A DNA stretch of 64,000 nucleotides from Candidatus Saccharimonadota bacterium (lineage in GTDB: Bacteria; Patescibacteriota; Saccharimonadia; Saccharimonadales; Saccharimonadaceae): assembly GCA_017514765.1 (NCBI GenBank), contig JAFWIU010000012.1, positions 313 to 64,312 of the forward strand. Reading direction: 5' to 3'. Positions 7,699 to 17,041 of the stretch are shown in pieces. The position numbers and the translations under genes were made by a program. The notes below the pieces were generated by a model. The model was not told the DNA's origin and ran no database searches. It worked only from the letters and a program-made list of their open reading frames with translations. How positions within the stretch are numbered: position 1 is the stretch's first letter; each line of letters starts with the position of its first letter.

Positions 7699-10407
7699 AT
7701 GCTTAAAATCAAGCAAAAGAGGGGGATTTATAAACTTTATTTGAATCGAAGTCGGATTTTGTTGGCGTGTGCGGTTGCGCTGATTGTTTTTGGAGCTTTG
7801 GCACTGAAGCGTGTTTGGGCGACGGGGGAGGAAGGGCCAACTTTGACGTTAGAGTCAGTGTCCCAATACGGAGAACCGATTGAGCCGGAGTGGGATCCGC
7901 ATTTATTTAGAGGATTAGAGAGTTCTAATGACTGGGGTGATTATTACTATCAGGTTGCGAATAACATGGACAAAGTCACGGTGGGGGTGAGAGTGGACGG
8001 ACTAGAAGAGGGGAAGAATTACAAGGTTTTTAATGATCGGGTGGTGACGGCAGCGGATAATGGTACAGTGATTTATGGAGAAATGGAGCCGTCTGTATGG
8101 ATGGGGAGCTATACTTGCCATGAGAACGAGTGGGGCTGGGAGGAATGTGAGGGTGATATACATGCGAATGAATATACTGTGACTGTTGTTTTGAGTGACG
8201 ATGAGTGGACTTGGTATGGTGCAGTAACGGCGGTGCTGAGACCAGTGACGGTGGGTAGTAGTGATATTGAAATACTTTCGGTAAAACAAGATGGAGTGGA
8301 TGTGCATCTTGATACGGTGGGGAGGCAGGAAAACAATTTGAATGTGCCACAGACGATTAATGAGTACCAGTTAATGGATTATACTAAGCCAGTAACGATT
8401 GAATTCAAGGCGAAGAATTTGCATGTAGGATGGGAATATTCGTTGAGCGCTGGTAGTGAGCAGAGCATGTCGGCGACGGCGGATGCAAGTGAGATGGTAG
8501 GGTCGGTGGATGTGGATGTGAGTGCTCTAAGTAGGCATGCGAGTGTGCAGATGTCGTTTTATGGACATAGCACAGCGGCGTATGGAAGTGGATATGAAAT
8601 GCACGAGTCGAGCGTGGTGTTGTATTTTAATATTGCGGATGAAAATTTTGTACCGCTAGGTGACTTGGCGATAGAGGGAATAAGACAGGGTGGAGAGACG
8701 TTGAACGTGACTGAAAATGAGCTTACACATGAGTATGTGGTCAATGCGAATGATGTGCAAGATTTGGAAGTGGCTTTGAGAGCTACTGATGCGACTAGCG
8801 ATTTGGATTACTATGTAGGGTATAGTTTAAATCCGGCGTCGTCTTATTATTATGGGGCATCGGGGTGGATAATGGTGAGTGGAGCAGATTTGAAAGATGG
8901 AGTAACTCTAATGGTGCCGGCTAAATACGGTGAAAGCGAAAATTCACCTTTTGCGCTTAACCTTTATATGAGGACGACCGGTGGAATGTGGTCTTATAAT
9001 AGTGCACGTTATTGTTGGGGGCAGTGTGAATACGACTATGATAGCGATACAGTTGTGGTGAATTTCGAAGTCGATCCGAGTATTCCGCGGTACGTGGTAG
9101 ATTATGGTTATGCAGTATTTCAAGATGGGCAAGAGATTTTGCCAAATAATGAGGGGGTGTATATGATTACAGATTATACGAAATCAATAAGCCTAAGAGT
9201 TAACGTGAATGATGAAGAATCGGATTATTCTTTGAGTGGGCATTACGTTTCTCTTGGTGATGATGGTAATGAGATTGAGAGCAGACATAATAGTCAATAC
9301 GGTATATCTTCTACGATAACTGGTGGTGTTATGCAGTATGGTGTTAATGTATATTTGGATGTAAGTGCGAAGACTACACGGTTGGATTTGGCGATATATG
9401 ATGTAGTGGTGAATGAATATGGTTCATATAGTCAGAATAGGAAGTTGGAGGAATTTGCTCTGCGGTTTGCTTATGCAGATTACGATAGTGCGCATATACC
9501 GAGCCTTGAACTGACTGAGATGAGGCAAGGTGGTGCTGTGGTAAGTCCGGAAAACGAATATAATTATAAGATATTTCGTCTGAATTCGATTCAGGATTAC
9601 ACTTATAACGTGAGGGGATATAATCTGTTGGACGGGATAGAATATACTTCGTATGAAAACGGTATTGATCACACATATAGTAAAAGTGATTTAGAAAATG
9701 GAATGACTATTACGAGGTCGGTGAGTGATGCTAGTCGGAGTTTAGTGGGGAGTAGTAATTATTCTGCAGTGTTCGGTCATTACTTGGATTATCCAATGTA
9801 CGATGGAATGCCAGTGCAAGTGCGGACGGATAATTCTTTGAACGGAGATTTGGCGTTTTTCGATGCTTGTGTGCAGTATCGAGAAGATGAAGACTGTTTG
9901 TCGAGTTCATACCCATCGTATGGTTTGTTGCCATCTGTATATGGTGTGGTGGAAGATGTAGAAGACTATGATGCTGAGTACAATCCTTTAGAATTATATA
10001 TTAAGGGCGATAATTACGTAGACGATGTCGATTATGAGGTTAATGTGAAGGTTCTATATGGGAATGAGTTGCTGGTGGAAGATAATTTTGTTGCTACTGG
10101 GTTGAGTATCAAGAATGGTGTAGAAAAGGAATATTTTGATGAATTGAGGTTTGAAACGCTAGATCAGATGCTTGATGGGAGTTTTGAGGAAATCGGGTAT
10201 AATGTTGAAGTAACGATTGGCGAGATGACGCGAACGATAGATTTTATGGCTAATGGTGAAGCTATGGCAACTTCTGTAATGTTTACATCGGATGGGTTGA
10301 CGATTCCTGATTATATTAACAATATGGGTGGGCGGTATGGGAGCTACTGGCGGGAATCGGTTTGTAGGATATGGCGAGTGGCATATTTCGCGCGAGATAC
10401 TTGGTGA
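7699..10407 (+). CDS. Large secreted acidic beta-rich protein, N-terminal part (frameshifted from its dockerin-bearing C-terminal part)
   Basis: N-terminal TM/signal; four recurring domain-start motifs (LTLESVSQYG, IEILSVKQDG, LAIEGIRQGG, LELTEMRQGG); overlaps the next ORF in the +1 frame; composition changes abruptly after NNMGG. Confidence 0.75.
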   Translation: MLKIKQKRGIYKLYLNRSRILLACAVALIVFGALALKRVWATGEEGPTLTLESVSQYGEPIEPEWDPHLFRGLESSNDWGDYYYQVANNMDKVTVGVRVDGLEEGKNYKVFNDRVVTAADNGTVIYGEMEPSVWMGSYTCHENEWGWEECEGDIHANEYTVTVVLSDDEWTWYGAVTAVLRPVTVGSSDIEILSVKQDGVDVHLDTVGRQENNLNVPQTINEYQLMDYTKPVTIEFKAKNLHVGWEYSLSAGSEQSMSATADASEMVGSVDVDVSALSRHASVQMSFYGHSTAAYGSGYEMHESSVVLYFNIADENFVPLGDLAIEGIRQGGETLNVTENELTHEYVVNANDVQDLEVALRATDATSDLDYYVGYSLNPASSYYYGASGWIMVSGADLKDGVTLMVPAKYGESENSPFALNLYMRTTGGMWSYNSARYCWGQCEYDYDSDTVVVNFEVDPSIPRYVVDYGYAVFQDGQEILPNNEGVYMITDYTKSISLRVNVNDEESDYSLSGHYVSLGDDGNEIESRHNSQYGISSTITGGVMQYGVNVYLDVSAKTTRLDLAIYDVVVNEYGSYSQNRKLEEFALRFAYADYDSAHIPSLELTEMRQGGAVVSPENEYNYKIFRLNSIQDYTYNVRGYNLLDGIEYTSYENGIDHTYSKSDLENGMTITRSVSDASRSLVGSSNYSAVFGHYLDYPMYDGMPVQVRTDNSLNGDLAFFDACVQYREDEDCLSSSYPSYGLLPSVYGVVEDVEDYDAEYNPLELYIKGDNYVDDVDYEVNVKVLYGNELLVEDNFVATGLSIKNGVEKEYFDELRFETLDQMLDGSFEEIGYNVEVTIGEMTRTIDFMANGEAMATSVMFTSDGLTIPDYINNMGGRYGSYWRESVCRIWRVAYFARDTW

Positions 10408-11551
10408 TCATGCATACATGTATCTTGGGGCATTGAATGACGACATAGAGGGGGTGAATTATCATATTTATCATCACCCTGCTAGTGATGATGCAAATGA
10501 TTTGAGTGGAGCGAGATTGATGCGAGAGGGGGAGATTGGTATTAGCAGTGATGTGGGTTTGTTGCGACTTGAAAGAGATGATATGGAATACTATTATTAT
10601 ACTTTGGTGATAGAAAAAAATGGGCGGATTTTGGCGGTAATGCATTACAAGATGTGTTTAGATGATGTTCCGGCAACCTATGGGCTTGCGGTATCGGCGA
10701 GGACTGAGGAGGAGGATGCGTTAGTAGGTTACTATTTGACAAGGGAGGTGCCAGTTAAAGTGATGGCATACGGCGCGAGGTTTGATGAATCTAAAACTTA
10801 TACGGCTGGTATAGTAGTAAGATCAAATAGTGTTAAAACATATGAGGATTCTGTGAATGTGACCGGTGCGGAGCTCAATAGTGATACGGAATTGTTTACA
10901 GTGCAGTATAACGATATGTTTAGCCAGAATGTTTGGTTTTGTGATATAGAGTTTGTATTGAAAGATGAGAATGGTGGTACTATGTTGAACAGGTCGATTC
11001 ACTTAGCACGGGGAGATGGGGATGACTATGGAGGGTTTTACGAAAACGAGCTTGTGTATGCGATGATTCGGGCGCTAGAGCAAGGTGGTGAGGAGCCAGA
11101 GGAACCTGAGGAGGCAATAGTAGACGATAGGACGCCGGAAGGGGTGGATGTAATTGTGGAAGGTGGGACACTGACTGCAGTTTCGGAAAAACCTGTTACG
11201 GTAGCTGGTTATAGAAATGGCGAATGGATAAAACTATATGAGTGGGATGTAGTTGAAAACGGTGAAGAGAGAACCAATCATTACAGTATTGGTGATTGCG
11301 ATGAGGTAAAAGTAGTATTGAAGGGTGATGGTGACATGAATGGAATGGTGGATCCAGGGGATTTGAATCGTTTGAATAGGTCGTTGATTAGCCCAACTTT
11401 GGGAAGTAGGTATCGGGCTTTGACTGATTGGGAGAAAGTTATCTTTGATTTTGATGGAAACGGAGATGTAACGCCAGCAGATTTAAATACGCTTAATCGG
11501 GCATTGATTAGTCCAACGCTTGCGCCTAGGTATCGAGAGATACAGTGGTAG
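10328..11551 (+). CDS. C-terminal part of the same surface protein, ending in X-module plus type I-like dockerin
   Basis: Two F-hand Ca-binding repeats GDGDMNGMVDPGDLNRLNRSL and DFDGNGDVTPADLNTLNRAL; no signal peptide of its own. Confidence 0.8.
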   Translation: MGGMGATGGNRFVGYGEWHISREILGDHAYMYLGALNDDIEGVNYHIYHHPASDDANDLSGARLMREGEIGISSDVGLLRLERDDMEYYYYTLVIEKNGRILAVMHYKMCLDDVPATYGLAVSARTEEEDALVGYYLTREVPVKVMAYGARFDESKTYTAGIVVRSNSVKTYEDSVNVTGAELNSDTELFTVQYNDMFSQNVWFCDIEFVLKDENGGTMLNRSIHLARGDGDDYGGFYENELVYAMIRALEQGGEEPEEPEEAIVDDRTPEGVDVIVEGGTLTAVSEKPVTVAGYRNGEWIKLYEWDVVENGEERTNHYSIGDCDEVKVVLKGDGDMNGMVDPGDLNRLNRSLISPTLGSRYRALTDWEKVIFDFDGNGDVTPADLNTLNRALISPTLAPRYREIQW

Positions 11552-11563
11552 ATTGATTACAGT

Positions 11564-11596
11564 AAAAAGCATGCTCTAAAAAAGGGCATGTTTTTT
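11564..11596 (+). terminator. Intrinsic terminator
   Basis: AAAAAGCATGCTCT-AAAAA-AGGGCATGTTTTTT. Confidence 0.6.
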
Positions 11597-11621
11597 AAAG
11601 TGCTTATGTTATAATGTGGGT

Positions 11622-13313
11622 ATGAGCAAGCTCTTAAGTAATACGAAAGATTGTTTGGCGTTGTTTGGCGTATTAGTAATATGCTTGTTGTGTGGTTTCT
11701 ACTTGTTTAATAGTGGGGAGAAAATAGCCAATGGTGATTCGAGTGACGTAACTGAGTGTTCTGATGAGTGCATGGAGGAGTTTTTTGATTCTTATGCAGA
11801 AATGACGGCTAGTGGTGAGCAGGATAACATGTTGATAGTAGTTAGCTCTAACCGTCCAAATGATTATGAAGCAAGTGGAATAGTAGAGGGGCCGAACCAC
11901 ACTTATTATTTGATGTATAACGACTTAGAAAAACGAGACAATGCTTACGAACAATTTGCGAATGACGACACTGTAAGTGTCGAGAAGAATAACAAGATGG
12001 AATTACTAAACTATATGTCTTGGGGGATAGAACAGATGGGGATAGATGATGGTATTATTGCAAGAGGAGATGCAGGCGAAAATGTGAAGGTAGCCGTAAT
12101 CGACACTGGGTTGGATATGAATCGGTTTCTTGAATACTTCCCATCAAAAACTGTAAGCGTTTATGATGTGGTGTCAAATTCGGAATCACCGAGTGAGATG
12201 AGCGATGCGATTGGGCATGGTACACATATAGCTGGAACGATTGCCGAAGGAACGGCGGATTGTACAAGTCTGATGATATTTAAGGCTGAGAGAGATGGTA
12301 AGGTTACTGTGTCAGACGTGAATACTGCAATTTATAAAGCGATTGATGCTGGGGTAGACGTGATTAATCTGAGTTTAGGAAGTAATGATTATTCTGAAAG
12401 CCAGAAAAGGGCGATAGATATAGCGAGCGCAAATGATATTGTAGTGGTAGCTGCGGCGGGAAATGAAAACAATTCCGTAATTATGTATCCGGCTGGTTAT
12501 GATAATACTATATCGGTAGCAGCATTAGATAGGAATTTGGAAAGAGCGGTATGGAGTGCGGAAGATAATACTGGTTCGAACTATAATGCGATGATAGATT
12601 ATGCAGCGCCAGGGACGCGTATTCGGAGTATTAATGGATTCGCGAGTGGGACTTCGGTAGCGGCGCCGCATGTGACAGCGGCGGTAGCGTTATTGAAGAG
12701 TTATAATAATGATTTAGGATTAGACGAGGTGAATATGCTACTGAGGAAACATGTGGTGGATTTAGGTGAGGATGGTAGAGATGATTATTATGGTTATGGA
12801 ATGATTGATTTGAATGATGTGGAATTTTGTGAAAATGCTTATTGCGATGAGTATGGCGTGTTTGCAGTGGACGTGTCGATAGATGATTTGACAGGAGGAG
12901 TAGCTGAAATTGCAGTGTTGGATGATGGGATTATGGTAACGGCTGATGAAGCGTGTATGGTGGTAATAAGCAATGATAGTGGAGAAACGTATAATGTGGT
13001 GCCGACCATGACAGTTATCGGCGGGGGGGATAAGCATAAGTTTGAGTTTGAAATAACCAAAGAGGTTGAAGTATTGGTAGTATTGAAGGGTGATGGTGAT
13101 ATGGATGGTGTGATAACGCCAAGGGATTTGAATCTTTTGAGTAGATCGCTTCTTAGCACGACTGCAAATGGTAGATATAGGGCTTTGACTGAATTGGAAA
13201 AGATAGTTTTTGATTTTGACATAGATGGAAATGTGACACCAGCGGATTTAAATACGCTTAATCGGGCATTGATTAGTCCGACACTTAGACCCTATAAAGC
13301 CATAGAATGGTGA
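11622..13313 (+). CDS. Secreted subtilisin-like (S8) serine protease with C-terminal X-module plus dockerin
   Basis: VAVIDTG (D), GHGTHIAGTIA (H), AAAGN (N), GTSVAAPHV (S); dockerin repeats GDGDMDGVITPRDL and DFDIDGNVTPADL. ATG 11622 lies 6 nt after TG-t-TATAAT (track start 11616 abuts the -10). Confidence 0.9.
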   Translation: MSKLLSNTKDCLALFGVLVICLLCGFYLFNSGEKIANGDSSDVTECSDECMEEFFDSYAEMTASGEQDNMLIVVSSNRPNDYEASGIVEGPNHTYYLMYNDLEKRDNAYEQFANDDTVSVEKNNKMELLNYMSWGIEQMGIDDGIIARGDAGENVKVAVIDTGLDMNRFLEYFPSKTVSVYDVVSNSESPSEMSDAIGHGTHIAGTIAEGTADCTSLMIFKAERDGKVTVSDVNTAIYKAIDAGVDVINLSLGSNDYSESQKRAIDIASANDIVVVAAAGNENNSVIMYPAGYDNTISVAALDRNLERAVWSAEDNTGSNYNAMIDYAAPGTRIRSINGFASGTSVAAPHVTAAVALLKSYNNDLGLDEVNMLLRKHVVDLGEDGRDDYYGYGMIDLNDVEFCENAYCDEYGVFAVDVSIDDLTGGVAEIAVLDDGIMVTADEACMVVISNDSGETYNVVPTMTVIGGGDKHKFEFEITKEVEVLVVLKGDGDMDGVITPRDLNLLSRSLLSTTANGRYRALTELEKIVFDFDIDGNVTPADLNTLNRALISPTLRPYKAIEW

Positions 13314-13406
13314 GAAAGTGGGGTTGTGTAAAACTATTAAGAATTTAAAAATAGACGCTAGCGAAATGGAAAAATCTATGATAGTATAGATGAAAGGAGC
13401 AATCAT

Positions 13407-16400
13407 ATGTCAATAATAAACTATCTGAAAGAACGAAAAAAGTTAACGGGGATTGTCGCGGGTTTGGTCGCCGTGGCGATTGTTTTTGCTGGGTTGTTGT
13501 CAAATGCTTTTGCTAGTGTCGCTTATTATTTCCCAGATACTTTGGTGGAGCTGGATGGGGTGAATGACGGTACGATGACAGTTAGCTTCAATACTCCAGA
13601 AGCAGATGATATCGCTTACGTTCGGGGAAATTTTGACACTCTGATAGGTTACGATATGGAACACATGTATTTTACTTTGACCGGTATGTCTACTGGTGGG
13701 GATTTGTCGCCTGCAAAAATTACGAATAATACGGTTGCAGATGGTTTAATAAGTTGGTCGGATTGGGAAAGTGACCCTCCGATACACGTAGCAGAGCGAG
13801 GTCAATTACTCAGTGCAACATATATTGTGGACAAAGACACCCCGGCTGGTAACCATTCGGTTTGTTTGAGAGATATTTGGGTGGCGTCGGGCAAAAGTGA
13901 ATGGGATACCATAAATATCAATAGTGTGTGTGCAAATATTGAAGTAACGAGAAGTGATACTCCTGCGGAGAAACCGACTCAGGTGGTGACTTTCCGGGAT
14001 GGTGATGATAATCCGATTACGGAGATTACGAAATATTATGGTGATGAAGATTTTGAAATAAAGAAAGAAGTGACGACTGGCGATGGGGCTATACTAGAGT
14101 ATCATCCTGATGATGATGGAACTGGTAGGGTTGCACATACAGATCCGGATCTTAACTCTAATGTTGTGGGTGTAGGTGAGCCTGGCGATGTTGAGATTTG
14201 TGCTTGGGTAGAGGGGACGGGAAACTATGCGGCAACCAAAGCTTGCTATACAGTGCATGTGTTGAAGCGACCTATAACGATTTCTAGTGTAACGATTGAA
14301 GATAAGACATATGATGGTACGCCGAGTGCAGTAGTAACAAGTGTATCATTTGAAAATGGGGTGTTAACTAATGAGCAATATAATGTAACATCTGCATACT
14401 TTACTGGGACGAATGCGGCAGATGCTGGAGTTGATAAGCCGGTTCGTGTAAATGTGGAACTTGCAGGGACTGGTGTAGATTACTATACATTGAGTCCAGA
14501 TTATTATACGACAATTAAAACTATCTCGCCGTTTAATTTGAGTGTTGATGGTGCATCGTTTGCGAGTGGGGAAGATGAATATGCTTATGATCCAGATGGC
14601 GTAGAGCCAGAGATAAGAGTAGAAGCAAATACACATGGTGGCACTTCGGTATTGGTTGAAGGCGAGGATTTTGAAGTAGAGTATGTTAACAATACTGTTG
14701 CAGGGCAGGCTCAGGCAGTAATTACTGGTTTGGGGAATTATACGACTAGTGGTCCAGGTATTGTTCTGCCGTTTACAATCAACCCGAAAGGAATCATTAA
14801 CGAAAATGTGAACGCTCCAAGTTCGATTGTGGAAGGTCGTATCTTGGCTCCGGAAGATGTTTCTGTGAACGTGGATGGTCACACTTTGACGAGGTGCGCT
14901 ACGGATGGAGAGATGAATTGTGACTACGTGCTCACGATTTCTGGAGATAATGACGGTGAGGTGGGACATACTGTACATGTAGCAGTCAATGGTCGTAATA
15001 ATTATGATGGTGCTGGTGTTGCTGATGTGAATATTGTAGCAAAACAGGAACAGACTGTGACGATTGAGGATGTGACTGATACAATAGTGAATAAGAGTTA
15101 TGGTGATGCAAACTTTACATATGTTGCAATATCTACTGGTAACGGTGATATTTCGTATCGTTCGACTGCAGAAGCGGTAGCGACGGTAGATATGAATACT
15201 GGTGAGGTTTCGATTGTCGGAGTAGGTGATGCGGATATCATTGCTACAGCGGCGGAGAATGATACTTACGCTGAGGGCTCGGCGAAGTATACAGTGCATG
15301 TGGATAAGAAGGTGATTACGGTTACTAATGCGACGGTGGCGGATAAGACCTTTGATAATACTCCAGTTGCGACAGTAAGTGACGTGACTTTAAGTGAAGG
15401 CTCACTTGTTTATAATGCGGACTTTACTGCTACTGGTTTGTTCAATGATGTAACTCCTGCTATTCGTAATGTTAATGTAATGGTCGCTTTGACTAACGAA
15501 GCTTACAAGAACTATTGTTTTATGTATGAGTCTAGCTGTATTCAGAATACAAGTTATGCTGCAATTGGGACAATTATGCCATTTACGCTTGGTGGAGATA
15601 ACGCAGTGGCGGAATTGACGGAAGATACGTTTGTATACAACGGTTCGGAGCAGTGTCCGGCTGCAAATGTGAGGGTTGACCTTAACGGTAACGGTATAAA
15701 GGATGTTGTACTTTCAGCTGGAACCGATTATGATGTGGTATGTGATAATAATGTGAATGTGGGGACAAGTGCGACTGCTACAATAACTGGTAAAGGAAAC
15801 TATACTGGTAGTTTAGAGGGCTTAACTTTCTCGATTACACCGGCGACAGTGGAAGATGTAGCAGTGACTGCTGCTTCTCAAGATTATACAGGTGAGCCTT
15901 TGGAGCCGGTCGTGACGGTAACTGGTACAGTGAATGGTGAGAGTAAGACATTTACGACCGATGATTATGAAGTAGCGCCGCATGGTAATTTCATAACCGC
16001 TGGTGATTATACTGTAACTATTAATCCTAAGGTTGGTTCGAATTATAGTATTCCAAGTACAAGTGGTACCTTTACGATTAATAAAGTTGCGTCTGGTACC
16101 CCAGCGGAGTCTAGTCAGAATCTGAAGATTGAGGCTGGTAAAACTTTGTCGGAACTGGGTGACTTAAGTGAAGGATTTGTTTGGGCAGATGGTAGCACGG
16201 TAGTAAGCGAAGGTTCACACGATTATGATGCAACCTATACTAAGAATGGTGATACAGAGAATTATGTGACTGAGAACGTATCAGTAATAGTATATGGATT
16301 AAAGCGAATCGAAATAACGACTGCTATATTTGCTGGTGGCGAGGTTATGACTCCTGGTGGCACAGCACTCGAGGGTGATGAAATAAGCTGGACGATTACA

Positions 16401-16964
16401 CCGGATGAAGGATATGAATTGTGGCGTTTCTCAATCAATACGGAGGATAAAACTAGCGAAGTATCGGATGGTCAGTTTACGATGACTGCTGGTACGGAAG
16501 ATATTATGGCGATTGTATATTTCAGAAGGTTATACCAGTTTATTGATAGTATGGGGCAAACACATGTCCGAGGGGTAGATGGTACAGCAGAGTTTGAAAT
16601 TGATGCGGATTATGAGCTGTTTGAAGATGGTGGTAGGGTCTTCGTAGACGGTGAATTGCTTGATGAGGAAAACTATCGAGCTTGGAGTGGTAGTACTATG
16701 ATTGAGCTTTCGGCTGATTATCTGAATTCATTGACTATCGGTGAGCATACTTTAGCGGTAGAATTCGACGATGGTGGGATAGCGAGGACAACATTTGTGA
16801 TTGCTGATCCGGAGGCACCAGAAGAGGAAAAACCAGCAGCTGCAGATACTGGTGTATTCACTGGTATGAGGAATGGTGCAATTGCGACAGGTCTGTCTAT
16901 GGTGACAATGGGTGCTGTAGCTGGCTTATTATATGGAATAAAGAAACGAAACAATAGAGCATAA
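13407..16964 (+). CDS. Cell-surface-anchored scaffoldin-like protein: N-terminal cohesin-like domain, YDG/Ig-like stalk, X2-like module, xADTG-TM-basic tail
   Basis: Signal peptide; residues ~38-181 fit cohesin pattern (G-LLSATYIVDKDTPAGNHSVCL-DI); KTYDGT and KTFDNT (YDG-like) repeats; VDG-LL---NY----GST-I-LS--YL-SL--GEHTL-V-FDDG (X2-like); AADTG, TM, IKKRNNRA. Confidence 0.7.
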   Translation: MSIINYLKERKKLTGIVAGLVAVAIVFAGLLSNAFASVAYYFPDTLVELDGVNDGTMTVSFNTPEADDIAYVRGNFDTLIGYDMEHMYFTLTGMSTGGDLSPAKITNNTVADGLISWSDWESDPPIHVAERGQLLSATYIVDKDTPAGNHSVCLRDIWVASGKSEWDTININSVCANIEVTRSDTPAEKPTQVVTFRDGDDNPITEITKYYGDEDFEIKKEVTTGDGAILEYHPDDDGTGRVAHTDPDLNSNVVGVGEPGDVEICAWVEGTGNYAATKACYTVHVLKRPITISSVTIEDKTYDGTPSAVVTSVSFENGVLTNEQYNVTSAYFTGTNAADAGVDKPVRVNVELAGTGVDYYTLSPDYYTTIKTISPFNLSVDGASFASGEDEYAYDPDGVEPEIRVEANTHGGTSVLVEGEDFEVEYVNNTVAGQAQAVITGLGNYTTSGPGIVLPFTINPKGIINENVNAPSSIVEGRILAPEDVSVNVDGHTLTRCATDGEMNCDYVLTISGDNDGEVGHTVHVAVNGRNNYDGAGVADVNIVAKQEQTVTIEDVTDTIVNKSYGDANFTYVAISTGNGDISYRSTAEAVATVDMNTGEVSIVGVGDADIIATAAENDTYAEGSAKYTVHVDKKVITVTNATVADKTFDNTPVATVSDVTLSEGSLVYNADFTATGLFNDVTPAIRNVNVMVALTNEAYKNYCFMYESSCIQNTSYAAIGTIMPFTLGGDNAVAELTEDTFVYNGSEQCPAANVRVDLNGNGIKDVVLSAGTDYDVVCDNNVNVGTSATATITGKGNYTGSLEGLTFSITPATVEDVAVTAASQDYTGEPLEPVVTVTGTVNGESKTFTTDDYEVAPHGNFITAGDYTVTINPKVGSNYSIPSTSGTFTINKVASGTPAESSQNLKIEAGKTLSELGDLSEGFVWADGSTVVSEGSHDYDATYTKNGDTENYVTENVSVIVYGLKRIEITTAIFAGGEVMTPGGTALEGDEISWTITPDEGYELWRFSINTEDKTSEVSDGQFTMTAGTEDIMAIVYFRRLYQFIDSMGQTHVRGVDGTAEFEIDADYELFEDGGRVFVDGELLDEENYRAWSGSTMIELSADYLNSLTIGEHTLAVEFDDGGIARTTFVIADPEAPEEEKPAAADTGVFTGMRNGAIATGLSMVTMGAVAGLLYGIKKRNNRA

Positions 16965-16983
16965 TTAGTTTTATTTGTCTAGG

Positions 16984-17011
16984 AAATAACGCTTAACTTA
17001 AAGCGTTATTT
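16984..17011 (+). terminator. Intrinsic terminator
   Basis: AAATAACGCTT/AAGCGTTATTT stem after the scaffoldin-like gene. Confidence 0.65.
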
Positions 17012-17041
17012 TCGTGATATAATGAGGGAAAGGAGTGTAAA

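Noticed and set aside
7699-16964. True cellulosome or carbohydrate-degrading locus
   Set aside because: No glycoside hydrolase or CBM3 motif recognised; the only identifiable catalytic cargo is an S8 protease.
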